Source: an uncultured archaeon (lineage in GTDB: Archaea > Asgardarchaeota > Lokiarchaeia > Sigyniarchaeales > SOKP01). From it: a stretch of DNA of 64,000 bases. Under the pieces are notes generated by a model, which worked only from the letters and a program-made list of their open reading frames with translations, searched no databases and was not told the DNA's origin. Below are positions 10,048 to 21,744 of the stretch, piece after piece. Within the stretch, counting starts at the first letter, position 1. Every line of letters starts with the position of its first letter. The stretch lies in the NCBI GenBank assembly GCA_964486045.1, contig CAZALK010000020.1, forward strand, positions 23,510 through 87,509, in the 5' to 3' direction. Made by a program: the position numbers and the translations under genes.

Positions 10048-11157
10048 ATGATCAATAAATTTTATGAGAATCTAGCTGCATTAGTAGTTAATTATTCCGT
10101 AAAAGTAAAAAAGGGAGATAGAATATATATTACTGGTCCTGCTTTCGCTAAAGAACTCTTTCAAGCTCTCTATGTTGAAATTATAAAATCTGGGGGAAAT
10201 ACTTTTCTTCTACCACAAATAGAAGGAATTGGAGAACTAAAATATAAATATGCATCTGAAGAACAATTAATATATGTAGATCCCATTTTTAAATTATTAC
10301 TCAAAGAAATTGATGGTTACATATTAATACAAGGAGATTATAATACTCGGAAATTAAGTTTGATCGATCCAAGAAAAATTGCAAAATCTCAAGGATCACC
10401 TGATAACCGGGAGCTCTGGGAAATTTTAATGGATAGGATTGGTAGAAAGAATCTTAGTTACCTTGTTGTGCCATTTCCGTGCAATTCATTAGCCCAAGAA
10501 GCAAATATGGATTTATTTTCCTATTTTGAGTTTGTCCAAAATGCTTAGTTACTTCACAAAGATGATCCTGTTAAAGAATGGTCAGAAATCGATAAAAAAC
10601 AACAAAAGATTTGTGAAGTTTTAGATAATGTTGATAAAATTCAAATAATTGGTGAAGATACAGATTTAGCACTTTCAGTGAAAGGGAGAAAGTGGATTAA
10701 TTGTTCTGGACAATTAAATTTACCTGATGGAGAGGTTTGCACAGGACCATTAGAAAACTCTGCTAATGGACATATTAGATTTACATATCCTGGATTATAT
10801 CAAGGGAGAGAAATTACAAACATATATTTGGAATTTAAAGACGGAATAGTTTTAAAAGCTACAGCAGAAAAAGGGGAAGAGATATTAAAAGAAATATTAA
10901 AAATTGAAAATGCTGATAAGCTAGGGGAATTTGCTATCGGGACGAATTATGGAATCACTCAATATACTAAAAATATATTATTTGACGAGAAATTGGGAGG
11001 TACAATACATCTTGCTCTTGGGGGAGGACTTGAAGAAGCTGGTTCTAACAATAAAAGTGCTCTACATTGGGACATTATAAAAGATATGAAACAGTCTGGA
11101 TCAAAAATTCTTGCTGATGATAAAATTATATATGAAGAAGGAAAGTGGAAGATATAA
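10048..11157 (+). pseudogene. M29-family (thermophilic) aminopeptidase interrupted by one in-frame TAG at 10546-10548
   Basis: ORFs 10048-10548 and 10678-11157 share a frame. The gap reads *LLHKDDPVKEW...GEDTDLALSVKGRKW with no further stop. NLPDGEV, LGEFAIG, LFDEK..GT.HLALG and SALHWD are intact; 369 codons if read through. Confidence 0.85.
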
Positions 11158-11295
11158 AATAGGATTAAGAGGATTAGTTAATGCATTCAATTTAATAAGC
11201 CACATCTTTTTTTCTTTTCTTGAAAAAGAATAGATTTATATACATATTTGTCTTATTTTTTTCTGGAATAATAATTGAATAATCCCATTTTAAAA

Positions 11296-11439
11296 TGGGG
11301 TGAATTATAGTCAACACGTAGAGTCACTGTACTGTTAAGAATAATGATTTCATTAGCCTTAATAGATGTATATGTGATACACGAGACAGGAAATCAATTA
11401 GAATTCCAAAAAATAAAATTTTTACTATAATTCACCCCA
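11296..11439. mobile_element. 144-bp MITE-like element bounded by a perfect 16-bp inverted repeat
   Basis: TGGGGTGAATTATAGT (11296-11311) and ACTATAATTCACCCCA (11424-11439) around a 112-bp non-coding core; no target-site duplication seen. Confidence 0.5.
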
Positions 11440-11795
11440 CCCTTATTATATTCAGATATTAATTCAAATATCTAATTGAGAATTTTTCTGTTTTTTCTTT
11501 AATATTAATCACATTTTTTATTTAATACCCCTCAATAGAATATCTCTAAAATTTTATTCTCAAACGATTATAATATCTAAGTATTACATTAGAAAATATA
11601 ATTCCATAGGATTCCTTTAAGTAAATATTAAGATAATTTTACACACAAATTATTTATCAAAAAGTTATGGCTCTTCTTGGTTAACTTTAAGGATAAAATT
11701 ATTTGGACATAAAATTGTGCGGAATGTCATAACAAAAAATAAGAAAAATATAGTTACTTAAAAATATGGTTTATCTTTAAATAATTAGAACCAAA

Positions 11796-12128
11796 TTGTC
11801 CATAAAAAAAAAGATGAAAATTAGCAACAACGAAGAAGATCATGAGTTAGATTGTTATCTGAATATACTTGAATATTTCCAGAATGTCAAGATAGATAAA
11901 AAAAATACTGACATTTGGAAGAACCAATCTTTTATCGATCTTATGAAATTGTTAGAAAATAAAAAAAATAGGGCCTTGGTAACCAATGCTATAATCTTAA
12001 TTTTATCCTTATTTGATGATATCCCTCCAGATACTTATAATAGCCGCGGAGAAGATATTAACATGATTTCTATTGAAGATAGAAAATCTCTATTTGCCGG
12101 TTTAGATGAAGACTTTTTACCTAATTAA
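11796..12128 (+). CDS. Hypothetical protein
   Basis: 110-aa ORF with host-like composition; no recognisable motif. Confidence 0.65.
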   Translation: MSIKKKMKISNNEEDHELDCYLNILEYFQNVKIDKKNTDIWKNQSFIDLMKLLENKKNRALVTNAIILILSLFDDIPPDTYNSRGEDINMISIEDRKSLFAGLDEDFLPN

Positions 12129-12262
12129 ACTGAATCAGTTTTATTTCTTTTATAGTTTCAATCATTCAAGTAAAAAATTCCTAAAAACATTCATTTAAAT
12201 TTTTATAGTTTCATTTTTATTACAAACAGTTATAGATTTATTTCTATGGATAAGGGGATACC

Positions 12263-15200
12263 ATGCACATAAATCAAAAGATTTCTCTTAAAAAAAAGAG
12301 GATCAATTGCTTATTTGTTATAATTTCGATGTTTTTTTTAATTTTATTCATTAATTTGAATTTAATCAATAATTCGAATCTAACTATCTATGATTCAAAA
12401 AATCCAAATGAAGACCATAATGATTCCTTTCAAAATATAAAAACTTCCAATTCAGAATCTATTTTATTCCAAGGAACTGAAGCCCATTTAAATATAACTG
12501 ATACTGGTAATTTCTATGAATATAATCAAGAGATATCAGTATCGAATCAAGGGGAAACAAATTTAACATATTATTTAGACGATGTACATGACTGGAAAGG
12601 TTCAACAATAGAAACTACGATAACAAATATTCAAGATACTAGAAATTGGATTAATAATTCTGGATTTAAATCTCCTATAATTTATAGAGTATATCAAGTC
12701 TTTCAGACAGATCATAACTATTCAAATAATAATAATCTAAATTGGGCTAGTCCAGAATCTTCTGTTTTTGAGTCAGGAGCAAAATATATTAGAGTTCATT
12801 TTGTTAATTTTTCTTTTGAGCTAAGTTATGATTTTTTATATCTTGCTAATGAAACTAATGATATCTACTATGTGAATGATAGTAAAGCATATGATTTATT
12901 TTCTCCGTGGATTCCTGGGGAATATATCAAAATAGATTATGATTCTGATAATTCTGTTGATGATTATGGTTATTATATCGATTATTATGAATATATTAAT
13001 GATAGTTCAAATACCGTAATTAATTCAGAATGGAGTTTTAATTATAACCAAATTGGAACAACTGGAAGGAATTATAATGGGGTAAGTGAGATTGACAATA
13101 GTACAGCTATGTATGTTGCTATGTATGCAGAATATCTGGATTACAATCAATTTAGTTATGAAGATGGAGCATTTTCTGAAGTTTATCAGGATTTTAGTAT
13201 ACCTAGAGGTACAGTAAGTGACGCTTACATAAGTTTTGATTATTATGCTCAATATGGATTAGCAACGAATGATAACTATGTATATGTTTCAATTAATAAT
13301 AAAAAAATATATTCCAAAGGAATTGCAGATCTATTAGAGTTAGGTAAGAACCAATGGCATAAAACTGGAAAAATCACTACTAATTTTTGGGTTAATTCTT
13401 CTTCTATTTTTGATTCAAATGTTCAAAATCAGCAATTTAATATTTCAATAGGGATAAAATGTGCTGGTGGGTATACATACACTAATTTTGATGATGGCTT
13501 TTTAAATATTATTTGGTTTGATAATGTATCCTTAGTTTTATCAACAATAGGAAACTCAAGCCAAGATGATATAAATTTAAAAATTAATTCAGAGAATTTA
13601 TTTGAAGGAAATGAATGGGGGTTTTCAAACTTAAACTTCACCGGAATTTGGGAAACAAATCCAGTAACTCTATCAATAAATACAACATCGCCGGATCTAA
13701 ATTTCATTTTAAATACTACGATATATGGGAATCACTCTGGGACTTCAAAAATTAATCAACAAAATGATGAAGGAATTAGCTATAAAATTTTGAATAACGG
13801 GTCAATTTATTGGGATTTTTTTCACAATTTTTATATGCCCTCTCAATACTCTGATTTTGAATTCAATATACAAAAGCCAAAAAATTGGAAATTTTTAGAT
13901 AGTTTAGATCCTACTCTACAATCTCGATCATATGAAGGTGGAGATATAGGAGATTCATTTTTGAAGATTAACAAAACAAATGCAATTTTTCCTGGATGGT
14001 GGTCATTTAGAGCTGAATCTCCTAATTACCTTAATATTTTAAATTCTAAAATACTTAAGGAAAGTCAGTGGGTTACAAATGCGTCATTTAACACCGGAGA
14101 ATCAACTCGAATAAAAACTCAATTAAATTACTCAGGTGAAATACCAAATGATGCAGGAGTAATTAATCTTACAATATATCATCCCAATGGAACGATTTTT
14201 TATGAAGAAAGCGTAGCGCCATTCGGTGGTAATGTATCATTTTCAGAAATTACCTTTGGGGTGTATAATACTAGTGGCGGTCTTTATGAATATACTCTAT
14301 TTTGGAGTAATAGTACTGCATTAGGAGGTTTAATATCAAGTTTTATTGTCATGCATCAAAGTTCAATAACTTTATTAAAACCGGATAATGCAATTTCCGA
14401 TTTAATAACAGATGCTTTTTTTGGAGATATAATTCCATTACGGATCCAATTAAAAGATTTAGAAAATAATAGATCACTTTCAGGAGCCATGGTTACTTAT
14501 AATTGGTCAACAGGGTTAGAGAACTTTGCAGAAGCAGCTTTAGGAATATATGAAACAATATTAGATACCTCTGAATTAAATTCAAATGGCTTTTATGAGA
14601 TTTTCATCAATTCTTCCAAACTTGGATTTACAAATTATAATATAACAGTAAAAATCAATTTGCTTGAGGAAACTAACTTACTCCGCTTGGAATCATCGTA
14701 TTATATTGAATTACATGATAATAGTACAGTTAAATATAGTTATACTAATTTTTCAGGAGGTGGTATTTCAAGTGCTATTGTAGACATTAATTTAAATAAT
14801 TCCTATTAGAGTATAACAGATTTTCTTGACGGTAATTATACTGTAGAATTCGATACTTCATATATTAATAATTTAGGAGTTCATCAAATAGAATTAAACT
14901 TTTCTAAACCTGCATTTGAAACTAAATATGCATTACTTCAGTTTGAAATAATAGAACAGTCTGTAAATTTGTCTGTATATATAAATTCTCAAAAAATTCA
15001 AGAAAACTCATTAATCGAAGCGATGTTTAAAGGAACTTTAAATATATCCGTAAGAATTTTTGCTACAATTGATGAGACCTATCTTTCAGGAGGTAATGTG
15101 ACATGGGATTCTGACAAATATTATAAAGAAATTTTAGAAGGATCAAATTCTTGGTTTAATTATTCAATTCAATTATCAAGTAACAATTTCTCAATGGGTT

Positions 15201-17065
15201 TAAATTTCGTGCTCATACAATTTGAGCAAGCAAATTATAGAATCAGCAGTTTTGGGTTCCAAATATTAATGGAAGCGCAAACTGTAAACATATCAACGTT
15301 TATAAATGGAGAAGAAATTCCTGAAAATTATATTGAAGAGTTAACTTTCAAGGAATCAATGAATATTTCAGTAAAAGTATTTGCTAATGGTGAGAGTGTT
15401 TATTTATCTGGGGCAAATGTCACATTAATCGGTGATACCCTTAACACAATAGTACCTGAAACTGTTTTTCCATGGTATAATACTTCCATTATAATTTCGA
15501 ATTCTTATTTTAACCCCGGTGTAAATTATGTTTATTTAAAATTTCAACTTGAAAATTATACAACAGACACTTTTTCATTTCAATTGATAATCAAAACCCA
15601 AACACTTAATTTGTCTGTATATGTAAATTCAGAGAAAATATCAGAAAATAATCTTTTAGAATTCAGATTTAATGAAGAATTCTCTATTTCTGCCCAGAGT
15701 TTTGCGACTGCAGAGGAAGTTTATTTAACTGGAGGAATATTAACTTTTATTGCTAGTACTTATGAAAAAAACTTAACAAATCTTTCCGATTGGTATAATT
15801 CAACAATATCCTGTTCACCAGACATTTTCTCAATAGGAGTTAATTATATATATTTGAGATTTCAAAAGGAGAATTACTCTACAACTCTTTTTTCTTTTCA
15901 ATTACTAATTGATCAAATTGATCTTCAAGTAGATTCGATAGGTTTTGAGGACACTATTAATGTCGAAATAGGTGAGACATTTATTATTCAGCTAAAACTA
16001 TTAAATCCTAATAATAATATGACGATTGAGTCCGCTACTATAAGTTTCACGTGGGAATATGGATTTGGAGTGTTTAACGCTACACAAAATGGAATTTATC
16101 AATATACATTAAAATTACCTAAAAATCTAAGAGGAAATTATCAATTTAATCTAATTATTATTCCAGATAATACAACTTATAAAGCAGTCCAACATTCTTT
16201 TGTTGTTGTAATTAATGAGCCAATTATCCAAAATAATTCTCCAGGATTTTTATTATTGAGCATTATTCTCATTTTAATTGGTATTGTGAGTGCATTAGGA
16301 GTTCTTAGTTTGAGATCTTATGTATTATTGCCAAGAAGAAGGAAAAAGGAATCAGAATTATTATCGAAGACTCAAAGATTCAAGGATCTTAAAAATATTC
16401 AAGCAATTGTTATGATACATAGAATAAGTGGAATACCACTTTACACAAAGACTTATTCGATTTTAGAAAAGCATAAAAAAGAATTGTTTTCAGGGTTTAT
16501 TCAAGCTATTACAACAATTGGAGAAGAATTTACTGATTCTGAAGAAATAGAGAGTAGATTGGATGCAAAGAAAGAAAACTTCGGAATTGAAAAGATAATT
16601 GAATTAGATTTTAAATATTTTTATTGCTTAATTTCGGATAAAGAAGATATAAGAATAGTATTTATCCTCAAAGAAAAATCTTCAGAACGACTGAAAAGTC
16701 AAGTTTCACATCTTTTGCTGGCTTTAAACCTCAAATTATCACAATATATAGAAGATTGGGATGGTTCTTTAGACATATTTGAGGAGATGGTTCCTACGAT
16801 AATAGGTGAGTATTTCGAGTTATATTATAAAGGCTCATTTAAACTTCCTAAAAAATTAAATCTTTTTAAATTAAGGAAAGATAAGTCTCTGTCGAAGATG
16901 GAAATTCGAGTTCTAAATGTAGTTGAATCAATGTTAAAAAGGGGTGAGGAGATTCTAACTTTAAACAGTATTCTCGAATTGGTTAGTGAAGAAAATAAAG
17001 ATCTGATTATTGAAGCAATTGAGGTATTGATAGAAAGAAAATTAATTATTCCCGTCAATCCTTAA
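12263..17065 (+). pseudogene. 1600-codon surface protein (signal anchor, CUB-like domain, Ig-like repeats, TM, cytoplasmic longin-like + wHTH) interrupted by one in-frame TAG at 14807-14809
   Basis: ORFs 12263-14809 and 14969-17065 share a frame. The gap reads *SITDFLDGNYTVEFDTS...FEIIEQSVNL with no stop. CUB-like IRVHF.NFSFE..YDFL...DSDNSVDDYGY; many NxS/T sequons; TM LLLSIILILIGIVSALGVL followed by RRRKK; longin-like SGIPLY...LFSGFIQAI. Confidence 0.8.
14960..15915 (+). repeat. Three diverged coding repeats with a 321-nt (107-aa) period, Ig-like beta-sandwich
   Basis: Units start at 14960, 15281 and 15602: N(L/I)S..(I/V)N...I.EN ... YL(S/T)G ... W(F/Y)N ... G(L/V)N(F/Y)....F...NY....F.FQ. 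Confidence 0.85.
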
Positions 17066-17113
17066 ATTTATAATAATAAAATTCAAATTTTAATTTATTT
17101 TTCTTTGACTTGA

Positions 17114-17734
17114 ATGGTAAATCCAGAAGAACTAAGATTTATCTGCACAAGATGTGGGAACTGTTGTACAGATCGCGATACTATTGTTAATATTACATAC
17201 TTAGATATTTTAAGATTAAAAACAAGTTTAAAATTAGATCTGAAAGAAACCATTGAAGTTATTGGATTTTATGTATTTCACAAGAAGTTAACTGAAAGAA
17301 ACTTGAAGAAAATGGTTGTTTCTCCAATAGAAACTGAAAGGGGTTTAGCATTTACTGGTCTTCTTAAAAATAGCTTAGGTGAGTGTTATTTTTTTGATAA
17401 TAAAAAATTGGAATGTTTAATTTATGATGTAAGACCTATGCTTTGTAGAACTTTTCCTTTCTCCTTTTATACAACCAAGAATATTGAAAATCAAGCTAAA
17501 GGAAAGGTTGAGATTTGTTATACTGAGAAAGCTAAGGAATATTGCCCGGGTATAGGTTTAGACTCAGAAATTATTGAACATGATCACTGGTTAAAAATTG
17601 GTAAAGAAACTTTAAAACAACTAAAAAAAAACCATCTTTTTAATGAAAAATGGAATATTAACGTCAAAAATGGAAGTATATTACCAAAAGTGAAAAATTA
17701 TCTTAGAACTATATTTAAGATTAACGAAACTTAA
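17114..17734 (+). CDS. YkgJ/FliB-family cysteine-cluster protein
   Basis: FICTRCGNCC, CYFFD....CLIYDVRPMLCRTFPF, CPGIG. Confidence 0.9.
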   Translation: MVNPEELRFICTRCGNCCTDRDTIVNITYLDILRLKTSLKLDLKETIEVIGFYVFHKKLTERNLKKMVVSPIETERGLAFTGLLKNSLGECYFFDNKKLECLIYDVRPMLCRTFPFSFYTTKNIENQAKGKVEICYTEKAKEYCPGIGLDSEIIEHDHWLKIGKETLKQLKKNHLFNEKWNINVKNGSILPKVKNYLRTIFKINET

Positions 17735-17759
17735 GCCAACAAGTTAAAATAACGTTAAT

Positions 17760-19533
17760 TTAAAGATTTAAAAAATTTTGAACAGTGTATTGAGTGCAAG
17801 CTAATAAAGACCAAAATAGCATCCTTAACTCAATCTTATATGCTAATTTATCAATTCTCCAATTAAAATCTTTATCAAGATTTTCTAAACTAAAATATTC
17901 TGTTGATTTTATAATGAAATTGAGTAATCGACTGCTTAATATTGATTCTTGATTTTTCATGTCAAGTAAGCTTAGTATTAATAATGTTTTAGCAGAATTT
18001 GTTACTAAATCATCAATAGAACCCTTTTGAGTTAAATCTTTTTTAAGCTCATTAATATAGAGGGTATTAAACTTTGAAGTATTTATTTTCCTGTCCAATA
18101 TTTTAAAGAACCCTATATAATTATAAATATCCAATACTGGATTAAATCTTTCTATATTTAATAAATCTAATCCTAAAACATGAGATAATAAATATTCTTT
18201 ATTCAAGGGGATAATCCCACTTTTTTCTAAAATTTTTAAGGATTGTAAGGTATAGTGATTCAATTTTAATTTCTCTGGTATGAAAATTTTGAATTCTGCT
18301 ATTAGAAACTCTTTGATCGCTTGAAGATTTATTATATCAATATTATGTATTAAATCCAATTCGGTTGTAATAGCAAGTCCATAAAAGATATTAATAGGAT
18401 CAGGTACGCTATTTTTGGAATAACTAAACACTTTATTAGAAATATAGTTTTTTAAGATTCCTACTATTTCTGTTGATGTAAAAGGAAATTCAATCCCTAA
18501 CATCTTTAAGATTGAGATATAATAATAGGAACTTTCCAAATCTAAGAAAGCAGGATTAATTATTCGTGAATTCAGCAGATTGACAGTATTTATTTTAAAT
18601 CTATTTATGATATTTGGATCTACAGATGGTAGATTGCCAATATCATCCAGGAAAATATTCGTTTTTTCCTTTGAATCATTTTCAATTTTTTCAATGTTTT
18701 TAGGTTTAATATTATCCTTTGGAACAATGGAAGGTATTTGCTTAAAATCTTCTGCATATCTTTGATAATCTTTATCTAAATTTGTCTCTTCTAATTTTTC
18801 GACAGAAGATTTGAACACTTCCGTTTTCAGTTTCTTTAAAGTTTCAATAGAATCCTTCCTAGCTTCTTCTAATTGTTTTAAAATATCTAATTCATCACTT
18901 TTCTTTTCCTTTGTATTTCCAGGTCCTTTTTCCTCATTCATTATCGTATTATCAAACTTGGTAAGATTCTTTTTGGTTTTTTCTATTTTAATAGATAAAT
19001 CTGATATATTTAAATATTCTTCAATACCCGTGAGAGCAATATATTCTTTTATTTTATCAGAAATAATATTCTTTTCTTTGAATTGATGTATTTTGTTAAC
19101 AAAACTAGGAGATATTAATTTAAATAATCTTTAAAGCTTCAATTTTTTTGATATCCAAATCTATTAAGTATTCAATTATGATTTTGAATAAGATTTTAGT
19201 CACATAATCATTAAGATAATGTAGTAAATAAGAACTATAATCAGGTTCCTTTATATTATTTTTGTTAATCTCACTTAAATAATTAGTTTGAATTTCTGTC
19301 AATTTGCTTATTGGCACTCCAAGAGTATTTAAGCCTGTTTTTATTGCTTTTAACATTTTATAAAGAGTTGCTTTGAATGTTTTTTCTGTCTCAGTTGAAG
19401 TATCTATCTCTAAATTGATATTTTTATAAGAAACAAGGTCTTTTAAATACAAGTAAGATCTCTTGTAATAATCTACAATCTCGTTTTTCATATATGATAA
19501 AAATTCAGTGAGGAAATTTAGTGAATCTTCCAT
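17760..19533 (-). pseudogene. Helical protein with C-terminal prenyltransferase-like alpha/alpha repeats, split by a single frameshift near 19130
   Basis: Removing one A from GCT TTA AAG ATT gives ALRLFKLISPSFVNK...FDNTIMNEE, which runs open into ORF 17760-18941. Repeats DLESSYYYISILKMLG and PDPINIFYGLAITTELD. Confidence 0.65.
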
Positions 19534-19626
19534 TTCCCGATTTCCTATTTTATTAAAAGGTATATATTGAAAATTATAAATCTATGTTAACATATATATG
19601 TTATAAAAAATAAAACATTTTCACTT

Positions 19627-20391
19627 ATGGAGGGTAATATTTTCGACCAGATTGCTAAAGATTATCACTCAAAAAGGAGAAAACCGTGGAAACCTCTTGA
19701 ATTCTTTTTTAATTATTTAAAAAGGAAGAAATATTTGTTTAGAGGGATGTCTCTAGATTTGGGTTGTGCAAATGGTAGAAATTTCAAGATTTTAGGAAAT
19801 TATCCCAAAAAGCTAATAGGAATTGATAATTCACTTGAATTCCTAAAATTAGCTCAGATTGGTTTAAAGAACTCAGAAAAATATCTAAAATCAGAATCAA
19901 ATTTAATTCAAGTTCTTCTTGCAGATTTAAATTACCTACCAATTAGAAAAAATTCAATCCAAAATATTTTCTCCATCGCGACTATTCACCATATTAAGCA
20001 TAAATCTACACGAAATAAACTCATATCTCAATTTAATCATATTTTAAAAATAGATGGAAACCTTTTAATAACTGTGTGGCGTAAATGGCAAAAAAAATAT
20101 CGAAGTTATTTTCTTTTAGATGGAATTAAAAGGAGTTTTAGTTTTAAACATAAGAAGCAACAAAAAATTGATGGTTTGAGTCAGTTTGGGGATAAATATA
20201 TACCATGGACGCTTTCAGAAGAAAATATGATATTTAGTAGATATTATCATTTTTTTTCCAAACGAGAGGTTAAGAATTTATTAAAGAACTTTACGATAAA
20301 AGAATTTAAAATTATGGGTGGTCCAAATAATCATGATAACTTTTTTATTTTAGCCCAAAAAAAAATTATCAGTGGCATTCAATCGAGTTGA
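19627..20391 (+). CDS. Class I SAM methyltransferase, Trm9/ALKBH8-like tRNA methyltransferase
   Basis: KRRKPW, LDLGCANGRN, SIATIHHI, LLITVW, IPW, RYYHFF. Confidence 0.75.
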   Translation: MEGNIFDQIAKDYHSKRRKPWKPLEFFFNYLKRKKYLFRGMSLDLGCANGRNFKILGNYPKKLIGIDNSLEFLKLAQIGLKNSEKYLKSESNLIQVLLADLNYLPIRKNSIQNIFSIATIHHIKHKSTRNKLISQFNHILKIDGNLLITVWRKWQKKYRSYFLLDGIKRSFSFKHKKQQKIDGLSQFGDKYIPWTLSEENMIFSRYYHFFSKREVKNLLKNFTIKEFKIMGGPNNHDNFFILAQKKIISGIQSS

Positions 20392-20860
20392 GGGTTTTCA
20401 ACAGACTTGGTTTAAAATTATCATACATGCTTTCTATTACTGCCGTATGAATATTTATTAGTCTCTCAGATATTTCGCAAAAGAAAATACCATGTATTAC
20501 CCTTTCAACAAAATATCTTTTTCTTATCATTTTCCTTCGATGCCCATACCAGAATGTAAATTCATGGGCCATTAGCCAATCTCTTTCTTTTTTAGTTACT
20601 ACAATGCCTATTGCATTATAGGTTTCAATGCACCTTTCAACTTCTTTATAATAGAAAAGATTTGCTCTATCTTTTTTTTCCCAATTTAATTCAATTGTGG
20701 AATCTGGACCCCAAATCTCATCATAGTCATTTTGAGAATGAAATATAATTGAACCATTGTTTTCATCACCTTCAAATTCTGTTTCTTTAAACCAAATCGC
20801 CATCTTATTAATTGATAAATTGCATTCCGATTTTTTGTATACATAAAAACTATATTCCAT
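20369..20860 (-). CDS. Hypothetical protein
   Basis: 163-aa ORF, convergent with and overlapping the methyltransferase 3' end. Confidence 0.65.
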   Translation of the reverse strand: MEYSFYVYKKSECNLSINKMAIWFKETEFEGDENNGSIIFHSQNDYDEIWGPDSTIELNWEKKDRANLFYYKEVERCIETYNAIGIVVTKKERDWLMAHEFTFWYGHRRKMIRKRYFVERVIHGIFFCEISERLINIHTAVIESMYDNFKPSLLKTLNSIECH

Positions 20861-21006
20861 GGTTGAACCTACTCAGGTTGATTGTTAATTGAATAAGGAA
20901 ACTTATTTCTAAAATATATTTAGTATTTATAAAGCTTCTGGTACAAGAAAATACCTAAAAATAAAATAGGTATAAAGGTTGAAACTACTAATTAAAATAA
21001 TAGATT

Positions 21007-21618
21007 TTACCGCTTGAGCATTTCCTTCCCTTCTTCAATCCATTTTGCTATTCTTTCTAGAGAAACACCACTGATTAAAGATACTAATTCTTCAGGATTC
21101 TCCTTAATTAACTCCTCCACAGATCCAACGCCAAGTTCTGCAAATTTCTTTGCTGTAGCAGCACCTAAACCGGATAGATCAGTTAAACTTGTTCCTGCTT
21201 CTTCAGTTTTAACTTTCTCTCTTTTTACAGGTTTTTTCTTCTCTTTTTTTACAGTATCTGCTTTTTTCTTCACTGCGGGTATTTTAGGGGCTTTTTCAAT
21301 AATTTTTTTGGTTTTTACTTCAGGTTTCTCTTTCTTAGGTTTGAAAGGGGTATTCTTCTTCTCTTTTTTTACGAAGGGTTTCCTTTTTTTTTTCTTCTTC
21401 TCAGTTACCTTAAGTGACTTAAGTTTTTCAACGTTTTCTGGATAGGAAGAACGTCTAAAAAAATCAATTTTAATATTTAATTCCTTTAATTGACTAATAT
21501 ATCTTCCTGAATCCTTTATTTCCCTCAGAGAGTAACCTTCACCCTTTCTCAAAAAAGACTCTCTCGAGGGACTTTTTACTAGGGCAGTGAGTTCTATTTT
21601 ATTCCCCATGATTAACAC
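21007..21618 (-). CDS. rpl13e: Ribosomal protein eL13-like domain + Lys-rich linker + helix-hairpin-helix domain
   Basis: RKGEGYSLREIK..G...L.I.ID..RRS...ENVEKLK resembles the eL13 core; LTDLSGLGAATAKKFAELG...ISGVSLERIAKWI is HhH-like. Confidence 0.7.
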   Translation of the reverse strand: MLIMGNKIELTALVKSPSRESFLRKGEGYSLREIKDSGRYISQLKELNIKIDFFRRSSYPENVEKLKSLKVTEKKKKKRKPFVKKEKKNTPFKPKKEKPEVKTKKIIEKAPKIPAVKKKADTVKKEKKKPVKREKVKTEEAGTSLTDLSGLGAATAKKFAELGVGSVEELIKENPEELVSLISGVSLERIAKWIEEGKEMLKR

Positions 21619-21744
21619 ATGATTATTATAATACTAAGGTAATTTTGATAGACTTAGAAACCATTTATTTTTTTCTATTTATATCAAATGCCTTAAAAAC
21701 AGTTTAGATAGGTATTTTCAGAATCAAACTTATCACGAAGATCT

